Shown: positions 24,626 to 32,000 of the stretch, piece by piece
Layout: each line of letters opens with the position of its first letter
Position numbering within the stretch: position 1 is the stretch's first letter
Assembly: GCF_022701215.1 (NCBI RefSeq)
Contig: NZ_CP089976.1
Location: forward strand, 1-32,000
Direction of reading: 5' to 3'
Length of the DNA stretch: 32,000 nucleotides
DNA from: Moraxella nasovis
Lineage (GTDB): Bacteria; Pseudomonadota; Gammaproteobacteria; Pseudomonadales; Moraxellaceae
Notes under the pieces: model-generated
The model's database searches: none
Told to the model about the DNA's origin: nothing
Seen by the model: only the letters and a program-made list of their open reading frames with translations
Made by a program: the position numbers and the translations under genes

Positions 24626-24876
24626 GCTGCTGCCGCTGCTTCTTGTTTAATATTTAAGGCGATACCTTCTTGGATTAAAGCAGTATTATCTCTGATTGCT
24701 GTTGTCAAGGCATTTTGTGACTTAGCGACTCTTTGCCCAATCGTGGAAGATAGTTTTGTACCTTCTTGTATTGAAGCTGTAGCAACAGCATGTGGCGATA
24801 AGCCGTAAGCGGCATGACCCTGCTGTACGAAAGACAACGCGATTGTCACCGCTAAGAGTTTAAAAGACTTGTTCAT
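24565..24876 (-). CDS. signal-peptide protein, apparently 3'-truncated at the relaxase junction
   Basis: MNKSFKLLAVTIALSFVQQGHA signal. ..ALIQEGIALNIKQEAAAAAQVSKA resembles residues about 50-77 of the 25607-26980 product. The last about 15 codons are antisense to the relaxase. Confidence 0.45.
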   Translation of the reverse strand: MNKSFKLLAVTIALSFVQQGHAAYGLSPHAVATASIQEGTKLSSTIGQRVAKSQNALTTAIRDNTALIQEGIALNIKQEAAAAAQVSKAEIPCSASLLTNATR

Positions 24877-24963
24877 GATACCATCTATTAAGTTTGTCTT
24901 AATTATTAATTTAGTATATCATAAAAAGCACAGTAGTGAATATCTTGTCGAAAAACAAGGGTT

Positions 24964-24997
24964 AAAAAAAACTGTCCACGCATGGACAGTTTTTTGT
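24964..24997 (-). terminator. bidirectional rho-independent terminator
   Basis: A7-actgtcca-cgca-tggacagt-T5, with a perfect 8-bp stem at 24971-24990. Confidence 0.7.
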
Positions 24998-25015
24998 TTT
25001 TAGGAGGGGAGTGCG

Positions 25016-25570
25016 TCACCTTAACTCATCTGAATCAGCGTCCAATTCTAATACTACCGGGTCTTGCTCATCACCCCAATCACCAACACCTACCAAATTT
25101 TCAATATCGCCACCAACTGTTATATATTTTGGCGTGTAAGTGACTGTGGTACCTTTCTTAACTTGTATACTTGTGGTTTTAATTTCTTTGTTTTTGTTAT
25201 CAACAAGGACAATGCCTGTCACCTCACTTTCTTCATCACTAACAGATACATTACTACCTGCAGTGACAACGACATATTTACCCATAAACCTAACATCATG
25301 CTTGGTTTTGGCAGCACTTGCTAAAATAGTGTCTGCAACATTTTTCTTGCAGTAGTTGATACCCAGTGGGTATTGGCAAGTTGTTATATGGTAACCTTTA
25401 TGTTTGCCAGATTTATAATCAAAGCTGTCAATAAGCATGATTCTATTGGTTACACTGGCAAGAGTCTTGGCTCTGTCTGCCATAATCTTGTTTTTTTCTG
25501 CTACAGACAAATTGGCGAATGTGGCAGTTGAAATCATCATTGAAATTGCAAAAGCGATAATTTTTTGCAT
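25016..25570 (-). CDS. secreted 184-aa protein (unassigned; possible periplasmic partner of the upstream lysozyme-like protein)
   Basis: Signal MQKIIAFAISMMISTATFA. Followed by a terminator. Confidence 0.5.
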   Translation of the reverse strand: MQKIIAFAISMMISTATFANLSVAEKNKIMADRAKTLASVTNRIMLIDSFDYKSGKHKGYHITTCQYPLGINYCKKNVADTILASAAKTKHDVRFMGKYVVVTAGSNVSVSDEESEVTGIVLVDNKNKEIKTTSIQVKKGTTVTYTPKYITVGGDIENLVGVGDWGDEQDPVVLELDADSDELR

Positions 25571-25606
25571 AATTAAATCCTTGATTAAAAAAATGACAAA
25601 GTGGTT

Positions 25607-26980
25607 TTATTTTCCGCTTTGTTGTTTGTTGACTTGATCTATTTTATCGACAATAGCCCAAACTTTCATGGTTACATCGCATGCAGCACTGTTAGCACCA
25701 CCATCATAAAATCCACGAATGGTTTTTCCATTACAAGTAGCACCTGGAACACCAAGCGGTGCCCACTCTTTAGCCAATTTTAATTTAGCTGCCTTTTTAG
25801 ATAAACCCCGGTTCTTTAATAACCCGCCAATGCGATAGTCAACCAAATAACCTGCCATCTGCTTTTGTACTTCAGGGGTGAATTTAACACTATTAGAAAG
25901 ACCTAAACTTGTTTGAGCGTTTTTAAATGTGCTTGCTATTATTTGGTATTTACCTGCCGCAAAAAGACGGCTACAATCGTTCACGCTTTTAGGAGAATAC
26001 TGACCTATTTCTCGATAAATCTGTCTCATTTGACCAAGTGTCATATTGGTCAAATTAAAAACGCCACCGCTAGGTCGACTACAAGCTATTCTCTTACCTA
26101 TTGTACCATTGTTACTGGCATTCCAACCTGCTGCGCCACCAGAACTTTCTCCTTCTGCCACCACCGATATCAGTTGTTCCCTTAAAGCCTTAATATCATT
26201 TGGCAAATTAGAAAGATCCGCATGACCACTAGAACCACCTACCGCTGTCACACCACTGTCAGGGTGTGCAATCCTACCGTCCCAAGCTTCGGATAATGCC
26301 CCTAACTGCTCAACCTTGATGGGTTCGATGCCAGTAGGGGGTGCATCCCAGGGTGTGCCTGACTCTATTTGCTCATAAAAAGAGTTTTGAATCATCGAAC
26401 CTAATGCATGATATTGACCTTGGCTATTAGCAAGTTCTTTACAAGTCACATTAGTACAAAATGAATCATCGGATTTAGCAGGATCAATGATATTTCTTAC
26501 ATAACTATAGCCTGCATTAATCTGCTCTTCATTTAGCGTAAGATTGTTAGCGATGTTTCCGTAATCAGTGTTTATGCCACTTTTTGTGCCAGGTTTTTGC
26601 AAGCAAACACCTGCTGCCACCTCACTAATGTCACAATAATTGGTATAATGGTCTTTCGCTCGTAAAGCACGCTTTACACCATCCATTTTATAATATGCTC
26701 TTTTTATGCCGCTTTCAACTGCTGATTGTAAGGTCATATTATGCAAACTACGCTTACTAATTTCTTGTGCAGCTAATGCGGTTTGTTTGACGTTAATATC
26801 TAAAGCAGCACCTACCTGATCTGCCTGTTGTATTGCTGCAATAGCTGCTGGATTTTTTTTAAATTCAGCAATAGAAGCTGCATTCGTCACTAACTCAGCA
26901 TAGGACGAGAAGGGGAGGGCAAGCCCACCCCCACCAATGATGACAGACAATATCAACGGAAGCTTCTTTACACTAAACAT
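25607..26980 (-). CDS. secreted Cys-rich protein with C-terminal lambda-lysozyme-like (lytic transglycosylase type) domain
   Basis: Signal-like N-terminus MFSVKKLPLILSVIIGGGGLALPFSSYA. The C-terminal VAEGESSGG ... RLFAAGKYQIIASTFKNAQTSLGLSNSVKFTPEVQKQMAGYL parallels phage lambda R (..SEGT.. / GAGRYQLL..LGL..FSP..QD) as recalled. Confidence 0.6.
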   Translation of the reverse strand: MFSVKKLPLILSVIIGGGGLALPFSSYAELVTNAASIAEFKKNPAAIAAIQQADQVGAALDINVKQTALAAQEISKRSLHNMTLQSAVESGIKRAYYKMDGVKRALRAKDHYTNYCDISEVAAGVCLQKPGTKSGINTDYGNIANNLTLNEEQINAGYSYVRNIIDPAKSDDSFCTNVTCKELANSQGQYHALGSMIQNSFYEQIESGTPWDAPPTGIEPIKVEQLGALSEAWDGRIAHPDSGVTAVGGSSGHADLSNLPNDIKALREQLISVVAEGESSGGAAGWNASNNGTIGKRIACSRPSGGVFNLTNMTLGQMRQIYREIGQYSPKSVNDCSRLFAAGKYQIIASTFKNAQTSLGLSNSVKFTPEVQKQMAGYLVDYRIGGLLKNRGLSKKAAKLKLAKEWAPLGVPGATCNGKTIRGFYDGGANSAACDVTMKVWAIVDKIDQVNKQQSGK

Positions 26981-26992
26981 GATTACCTCAGC

Positions 26993-28462
26993 TTATTGAT
27001 TGCCAACATAATTGGTCTGACCAGAAAATCTGTTGTAATAAGAAGTGCTGCCATTAGAAGTGCTGCCATTAGATTGGTTGGTTGATGGTGTCGGCTTAAC
27101 CTCTATCTTTGTATTGTTGTTTACCACGTTACTGTTAACTGCAGTTTTAGCTTCATTATTTTGACTTTGAGCTGTTGTACCACTTACGATAGGCGTGGTT
27201 TTTCTATCCATATCTGTTGTCGTCGTATTTGGCTGTGGTATGTTCTTGGCTATGTTGCCAACTGTTGTATGAGGGGTAATATTACTTATTTCACTACCGC
27301 CCTTAGACAACAAGTCTGCACGTCTAAGCTGTTCTTCATACGTTTTTTTAGCTGCGTTATGTTGTCTCCAAGCTTCATTAATGGCGTTGTATTGACCCTG
27401 GCTGATTGCCGTACATTGCTTGTAATCTAGCGTACATTGCTGATACTGAACTCCTTGATTAGAGTTTGTACCTACCACCCTAGCAACCGAGGTAGGAGCA
27501 GCTGGAATTTTAGCCCTTATCTCATCCGCCATCTGTTTTGTTACTTGTGATTGTAGTTGTTGGTTGGTAGTCGAACCATCTTCAAGAACAAAATCAACAA
27601 TAGGGATGTCACCGACAGCTTCTTCTGCACTATCTAATAATTGTCTTGCTTTTTCATTAGCTCGACTATTAGCTTCATGTAGTTTATTTTCAGCATTAGA
27701 TAACTGTTTTTCCAAACGACCTTGCAAAGATTCAGAATATATATTAATTTGATTATGTATACTAGCGCCCACAAGAGAGTCTAAGTTATTAATCTTGTTA
27801 GCACCTTCATTCCAACGTCTGCTTAATTCAACCACAGGTAAAAGAGCGTCTCTTGTTGCTTGGTTGGCAATATCACAAACCCTATCTTTTAGATGTTTTT
27901 TCATATTCTGCAAGGCTTTGTTAGCAGCTTTTCTTGTGATACTTGCCACATCACCCCATGATGTTGGGATTCTAGGCAGGGCAATGGTTAGATCCATAAT
28001 CTCTTGGGCGGCAGTAAAGCACCCTTTTGTTGATTCATTCTTGCCAATATTATCAAAAATAGTGGCGGCGACACCACTGGTAGCATCGACCATCTCTATT
28101 CTTCTTTCAATCACAGATGCCTGTTCTTTATCCAATTCAGCAGCACACCCTTTGGAGCCTTCTACCACGTCATGTATTTCATCACCTTTTGCAGGTGTGG
28201 AGGTGTGGTTATGCCCACTGGTAACCGTGGTTGCTGGTTTAGAGGTTACAGAAATACCTGTGCCTCCCGCTACCTTGGCAATGGAATTATTTTTGGCTTG
28301 CTCAGCTGTCGCATTAGAAACATGATTGTGCCCATTATCCGCCATCGAAACAGTGGATAGGATGGAAAGTGCTGCCACAGAGAGTGCAAGTTTGGTCTGT
28401 TTAAATTTACGTATAAAAGATAAACCTAAGTTGATGTTGATGGCGTTTTGTTCAACCTGCAT
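26993..28462 (-). CDS. secreted coiled-coil protein with Asn/Ser/Thr-rich C-terminus (unassigned)
   Basis: ATG at 28462. Signal KQTKLALSVAALSILSTVSMA. In-frame 15-bp tandem duplication at 27041-27070 (NGSTS twice). Confidence 0.55.
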   Translation of the reverse strand: MQVEQNAININLGLSFIRKFKQTKLALSVAALSILSTVSMADNGHNHVSNATAEQAKNNSIAKVAGGTGISVTSKPATTVTSGHNHTSTPAKGDEIHDVVEGSKGCAAELDKEQASVIERRIEMVDATSGVAATIFDNIGKNESTKGCFTAAQEIMDLTIALPRIPTSWGDVASITRKAANKALQNMKKHLKDRVCDIANQATRDALLPVVELSRRWNEGANKINNLDSLVGASIHNQINIYSESLQGRLEKQLSNAENKLHEANSRANEKARQLLDSAEEAVGDIPIVDFVLEDGSTTNQQLQSQVTKQMADEIRAKIPAAPTSVARVVGTNSNQGVQYQQCTLDYKQCTAISQGQYNAINEAWRQHNAAKKTYEEQLRRADLLSKGGSEISNITPHTTVGNIAKNIPQPNTTTTDMDRKTTPIVSGTTAQSQNNEAKTAVNSNVVNNNTKIEVKPTPSTNQSNGSTSNGSTSYYNRFSGQTNYVGNQ

Positions 28463-28604
28463 CGCAAGTACTAAATAAGGGTAGGGGTTTGGTCTCAAAG
28501 GTAAGTTTTCACCCGCACTACCAATTTTTACCCGCTATTGATTTATTTTTGCATTCGGCATCTGAAACGGACAAGTACCAAATATGAAAAACTTAAAATA
28601 TTAT

Positions 28605-28622
28605 TAAGTTAAATTTAACTTA
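28605..28622. promoter_or_regulatory. 18-bp perfect palindrome in an intergenic region
   Basis: taagttaaatttaactta, about 140 bp upstream of the 28462 start. Confidence 0.35.
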
Positions 28623-28672
28623 TTATAACCCAATTCAATCAAATGGCAAGCCACAACGCCAAACAGTTGCGT

Positions 28673-29218
28673 CTAGAATTCTTGGATCAGTCTAATTGGA
28701 ATGATATCCACTTGACTTTGTAGATTTGGATTTGGAGATGCCATCAAAACAGACATAAGATGCACAAAAAATCCCCTTAAGAATAAGTGATCTTGAAAAG
28801 TTTGAGCCCTTTGACAAAAATCACAAAATACCCAAAGTTGATAAACAGGATCTAATGAAGACATCAACATAATAAATTCTTCATACCACTGGCTTGAATT
28901 TTTATCGCCAATATTTTTAACCTGTTCTAACCGCAAAGTTAGTGAAACCTTTTCTGCACACGCCTGCTGTTCTTCAGCACAAGCATTAAATCGCTCTATA
29001 TCCATATATTCAGATAATCTTATGTGTATATTTTTAGATTTTAGAGCCCAGCTTTTAACAGCATCAATATCTATCTGACCGTTATACTTAACCCTAGTCA
29101 TTGGATAAGACTGTAATTGTGTCACAATCAAATCAGCAAAGTGTAAAAGGGTGGAGTTAAACACTTTTTCAATTTTCTTACCTTGATTTTGATAACTTTC
29201 GTTTTTTTTCAAATTCAT
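28673..29218 (-). CDS. hypothetical cytoplasmic protein
   Basis: 181-aa ORF. Its start overlaps the upstream stop by 4 bp. Confidence 0.45.
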   Translation of the reverse strand: MNLKKNESYQNQGKKIEKVFNSTLLHFADLIVTQLQSYPMTRVKYNGQIDIDAVKSWALKSKNIHIRLSEYMDIERFNACAEEQQACAEKVSLTLRLEQVKNIGDKNSSQWYEEFIMLMSSLDPVYQLWVFCDFCQRAQTFQDHLFLRGFFVHLMSVLMASPNPNLQSQVDIIPIRLIQEF

Positions 29219-29901
29219 CTTTCATGGCTTAGCTTGTTATTCACGGTAGGGGTGTGCGTAAGGGAGTTTTTCTCTTTTTGTACTTCACTATTGGTAAAAC
29301 CATATTCACTTAAAGAAGTTGGGATATCTTCTTTTTCCATTTCTTGTTGTTGTGCTTTTAATTGTCTTTGCTGTTCTTGTATAACATAAGACAAGGGGCT
29401 TTTAGATAAACTCTCCATTCTTCCTACTCTTTTTAACGCATCTAATGTACAAACAGGGTTTGGCGAGCCACTTTTATTTAAATTTTCTAAAGCTTCTTTT
29501 ATATATGTGGTATCAGTAATTTGAGTCAAAGGGAATAACTGCAATACAGTAGTAGGATTTTCTCTTGCCATGTCCAACATAACAACGTCATCAACAGCCA
29601 AGCCTAACATTTTAGCTTGACCCGAAGCAGAGCCCACCACGCCTGCAAAACCAAATTTATTACTCAACTTATTCTTGCGTTCTATATCAATAGCCAGTGA
29701 TCTATCAAGACGACTTTGTGGATCCAAAAACAATGCATCATCATAATTAGATAACTGACCAATACCTTTTTCATAAACCATGTAGCTATTTATAAATCTT
29801 GCAGTCATAGAGCTGGCATAAGGGGGTAGTATACCTACATCCTTTACATCATTAGTATCATCTGCTATTTTATTTTTTTTAAAAAACTGATCAACATTCA
29901 T
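29215..29901 (-). CDS. hypothetical protein
   Basis: 228-aa ORF, coupled to the downstream gene. No motif recognised. Confidence 0.45.
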   Translation of the reverse strand: MNVDQFFKKNKIADDTNDVKDVGILPPYASSMTARFINSYMVYEKGIGQLSNYDDALFLDPQSRLDRSLAIDIERKNKLSNKFGFAGVVGSASGQAKMLGLAVDDVVMLDMARENPTTVLQLFPLTQITDTTYIKEALENLNKSGSPNPVCTLDALKRVGRMESLSKSPLSYVIQEQQRQLKAQQQEMEKEDIPTSLSEYGFTNSEVQKEKNSLTHTPTVNNKLSHER

Positions 29902-29933
29902 TTATTTTCACCCAAAACCAAACATTCAAGCCA

Positions 29934-31619
29934 TCACATATCCATGCTAGGACCATCATCATTTTTCCGACCTGTGACTTTTGCCAATATTTTTGATAAG
30001 AAACTAGCAAGAGAGGAGCCACCTATCTTATCAAGCAAAGACGATTTTTCTTCAGATTTCACCTTAAGATCGTTTATACCATCCTCTAAGGACCCTTTTC
30101 TTTTGTTTAATTTATCAAGTTCATCTTGAGTGACAAGCTCATTAGCTGACCCCTCCAACACGTTTTCAGCGATGTTTGATCTCTCATCAATTTCAGCAGC
30201 AACAGCATTGATCATACCGTTTTCATTAACACTATCTACCTCCACTGCATGTTTTGGCTTATATGAAAATTGGTATAAAGCATCTACATCTTCAATATTA
30301 CAATTATGGACAGTAACTCTATTGACTCTTGAATGCTCGCCAATATCTGCACCAAACAATTTGTGAGTTACCTCATCTTTAACCATATCTTGGCTTTGCG
30401 ATACATCGACAGACTCCCTAATATTAGCCAGACCCTCAACATCTTGATTTTTACTGATATCTTGGTAGGCTTTGGTGCTAAGTTTTGCACTCAAATTCTC
30501 TTTTTTAGATGATTTTTGACCTAACTTTGAGGCAGCTTTTTTTACCAAATGCCCTACACCATAAAGCAAATAAACACCGAGTGGGAGCACTTCTTTTTTC
30601 TCTTTATGCTCACCTTGCATGATGGGTCTTGTTTTGGGGGCAGGGGACATTAAATACACAGAACCTTCACCCTGCCTCTTATTATTCAACTTCTCATACA
30701 ATTCATTTTTTCGCTCAGATATATGGTCAGTAAGAGGATTGTTTGCAACACCCAAATCTTTATCAGCAATAGCATCTCTTTCATCTCCCTGTAAGGACTG
30801 CTCTGCCTTATTGTCATATTCCCTCATATTGGCTTGTTGCTCAATATTTTTTTCTTTATTAAAGGTCTTGCTAAAGGACATGGGGACCTCAAGCATATTG
30901 CGTCCTTCCCCCTGTCTGATTGCCTCCTCCATCACGCCTGCAAGAGAATCATCTTCAAACCCATATCCGTAATCTTCCATGAAATGAGCTAGCCGAATCC
31001 CACTCTCTTGATTATCCCTTATATACACTTCAAGATTTTTATAAAACTTATCCGCTTCTTGTTTATCTTCATTTTGATCAGCAAAACCAAACCCTCGAAA
31101 ATGATTAAAGTCTTCCCATTTAATCCCTTTTTCACTAATGTGTAATTTACCATTTGAATCACATATGATAAAAGAGTTGATATGGTTTGTGTGTGAAGCC
31201 TCAAGCCAATGCTTGCCATGCTGTTTAAAATCATTTATCAAAGGATTCTTTGCCACTTCTCTTTTAAACTCATCGCGCAAATCATCTAAAAACGTTAACT
31301 TTTGTTCAGGATCCTCTATACTCCTATTAGATTCATACAGATTATGCTTTAAGATTGTATTTGTGATTTTTTTGACATCTTCATGCTTTACATAACCATT
31401 ATCTTGAACGTATTGATAATCAATACCCTGAATACCTTCGCCTTTTTTGCCTAAGGCAATCCAATTAGCAAATTCTATATTTTTTTGAATAAGGTCATAC
31501 TTATCTTGATATTTATCAAGATACTCTTGCTTTTTCCTATCTTTTATATCAAATAACAAATCACCAAAAATATCGGCACGCTCATCACCGTTTTTAAACT
31601 CATTTAAACTGTCTACCAT
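29934..31619 (-). CDS. large acidic hypothetical protein with one central hydrophobic segment
   Basis: ATG at 31619 preceded by gggggg. VLPLGVYLLYGVGHLV is the only hydrophobic stretch. No motif recognised. Confidence 0.5.
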   Translation of the reverse strand: MVDSLNEFKNGDERADIFGDLLFDIKDRKKQEYLDKYQDKYDLIQKNIEFANWIALGKKGEGIQGIDYQYVQDNGYVKHEDVKKITNTILKHNLYESNRSIEDPEQKLTFLDDLRDEFKREVAKNPLINDFKQHGKHWLEASHTNHINSFIICDSNGKLHISEKGIKWEDFNHFRGFGFADQNEDKQEADKFYKNLEVYIRDNQESGIRLAHFMEDYGYGFEDDSLAGVMEEAIRQGEGRNMLEVPMSFSKTFNKEKNIEQQANMREYDNKAEQSLQGDERDAIADKDLGVANNPLTDHISERKNELYEKLNNKRQGEGSVYLMSPAPKTRPIMQGEHKEKKEVLPLGVYLLYGVGHLVKKAASKLGQKSSKKENLSAKLSTKAYQDISKNQDVEGLANIRESVDVSQSQDMVKDEVTHKLFGADIGEHSRVNRVTVHNCNIEDVDALYQFSYKPKHAVEVDSVNENGMINAVAAEIDERSNIAENVLEGSANELVTQDELDKLNKRKGSLEDGINDLKVKSEEKSSLLDKIGGSSLASFLSKILAKVTGRKNDDGPSMDM

Positions 31620-31651
31620 ATACCCCCCAATCAATCAATTTTTCAAAAAGA

Positions 31652-32000
31652 CTAAAAACCCACACCCATATCCAAACTTGTCTCATGATGGGGCTTTTTT
31701 GAGATGGCTAAGTCCTCCCCCAACTTCATACCCAAATCTACATTGTCTACAGTTAAATCACCAAAAGACATACCAGACAAGTCTTCTGTACCTATATAAA
31801 AAAGGGATAAATCTTGCTCTTTATAAGAAAGGGCTAAATCTTGCTCTTTTTTTCTTTCGTACTCAATAATTTCAATATCAAAGCTCAAAAATGGCTTTGT
31901 ACCCAGTGATTCTTGAGGATTTTTAACAAATTGCTCAAATTGTTCAAAATTATTAGCATTTTGTTTATCACTCTTAGGGTCTGGTAGTACCGCTCTTAAA
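31652..32000 (-). CDS. hypothetical protein, frame open to the window edge (5' end may lie outside)
   Basis: There is no stop between 31888 and 32000 in this frame. It contains an in-frame near-duplicate of about 26 bp (KEQDLALSY / KEQDLSLFY, about 31802-31853). Confidence 0.4.
   Translation of the reverse strand, partial: LRAVLPDPKSDKQNANNFEQFEQFVKNPQESLGTKPFLSFDIEIIEYERKKEQDLALSYKEQDLSLFYIGTEDLSGMSFGDLTVDNVDLGMKLGEDLAISKKPHHETSLDMGVGF

Noticed and set aside
27795-28325. 176-aa + strand ORF, plus 27161-27430, 27564-27752 and 28172-28360
   Set aside because: All are antisense to the 501-aa - strand ORF, which has a signal peptide and operon context. The + strand ORFs are Ser/Leu/Cys-rich shadow frames.
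30130-31395. + strand ORFs 30130-30366, 30619-30972 and 31138-31395
   Set aside because: They are shadow frames inside the 561-aa - strand ORF, Ser/Leu-rich with no start context.

Overview
AT-rich, accessory-type DNA (composition and CdiA style suggest a Moraxellaceae-like gammaproteobacterium; inference only). All family calls come from reading motifs by eye, with no searches run. Four blocks. (1) 1-1532: a partial outer-membrane beta-barrel ORF translationally coupled to a secreted stand-alone C39-like cysteine peptidase. (2) about 2.0-11.96 kb, all + strand: an array of orphan polymorphic-toxin (CdiA-CT type) and immunity modules, with no cdiB or full-length cdiA in view. Recognisable parts are a VENN-delimited GH-E/HNH nuclease tip with an ankyrin-repeat immunity gene, a YeeF/EssD-like nuclease tip with a YezG/DUF600-like immunity gene, a 2.4-kb CdiA C-terminal fragment (VEMNN variant) carrying an unassigned toxin domain, and several very AT-rich immunity-like ORFs. 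A 14-bp tandem repeat sits exactly at one VENN junction and puts stop codons in every frame. (3) 11.96-22.2 kb, all - strand: an island that cuts off a cdiA fragment. It holds 2 vapBC loci, 2 GNAT/DUF1778-like loci, a Gp49/HigB-like toxin with an XRE antitoxin, an ImmA/IrrE-like peptidase and small acidic proteins. Repeated junction motifs (GTTAGGCT[AT]A), a 55-60-bp hairpin element family and a conserved ~100-bp leader punctuate it. (4) 22.3-32 kb: a serine recombinase, a Fic-fold protein with a degenerate active site, a 20-bp perfect palindrome, a truncated relaxase, then a - strand operon of unassigned, mostly signal-peptide proteins, one with a lambda-lysozyme-like C-terminal domain. Many otherwise intact genes are broken at homopolymer runs, so assembly error must be excluded before calling pseudogenes or phase variation.
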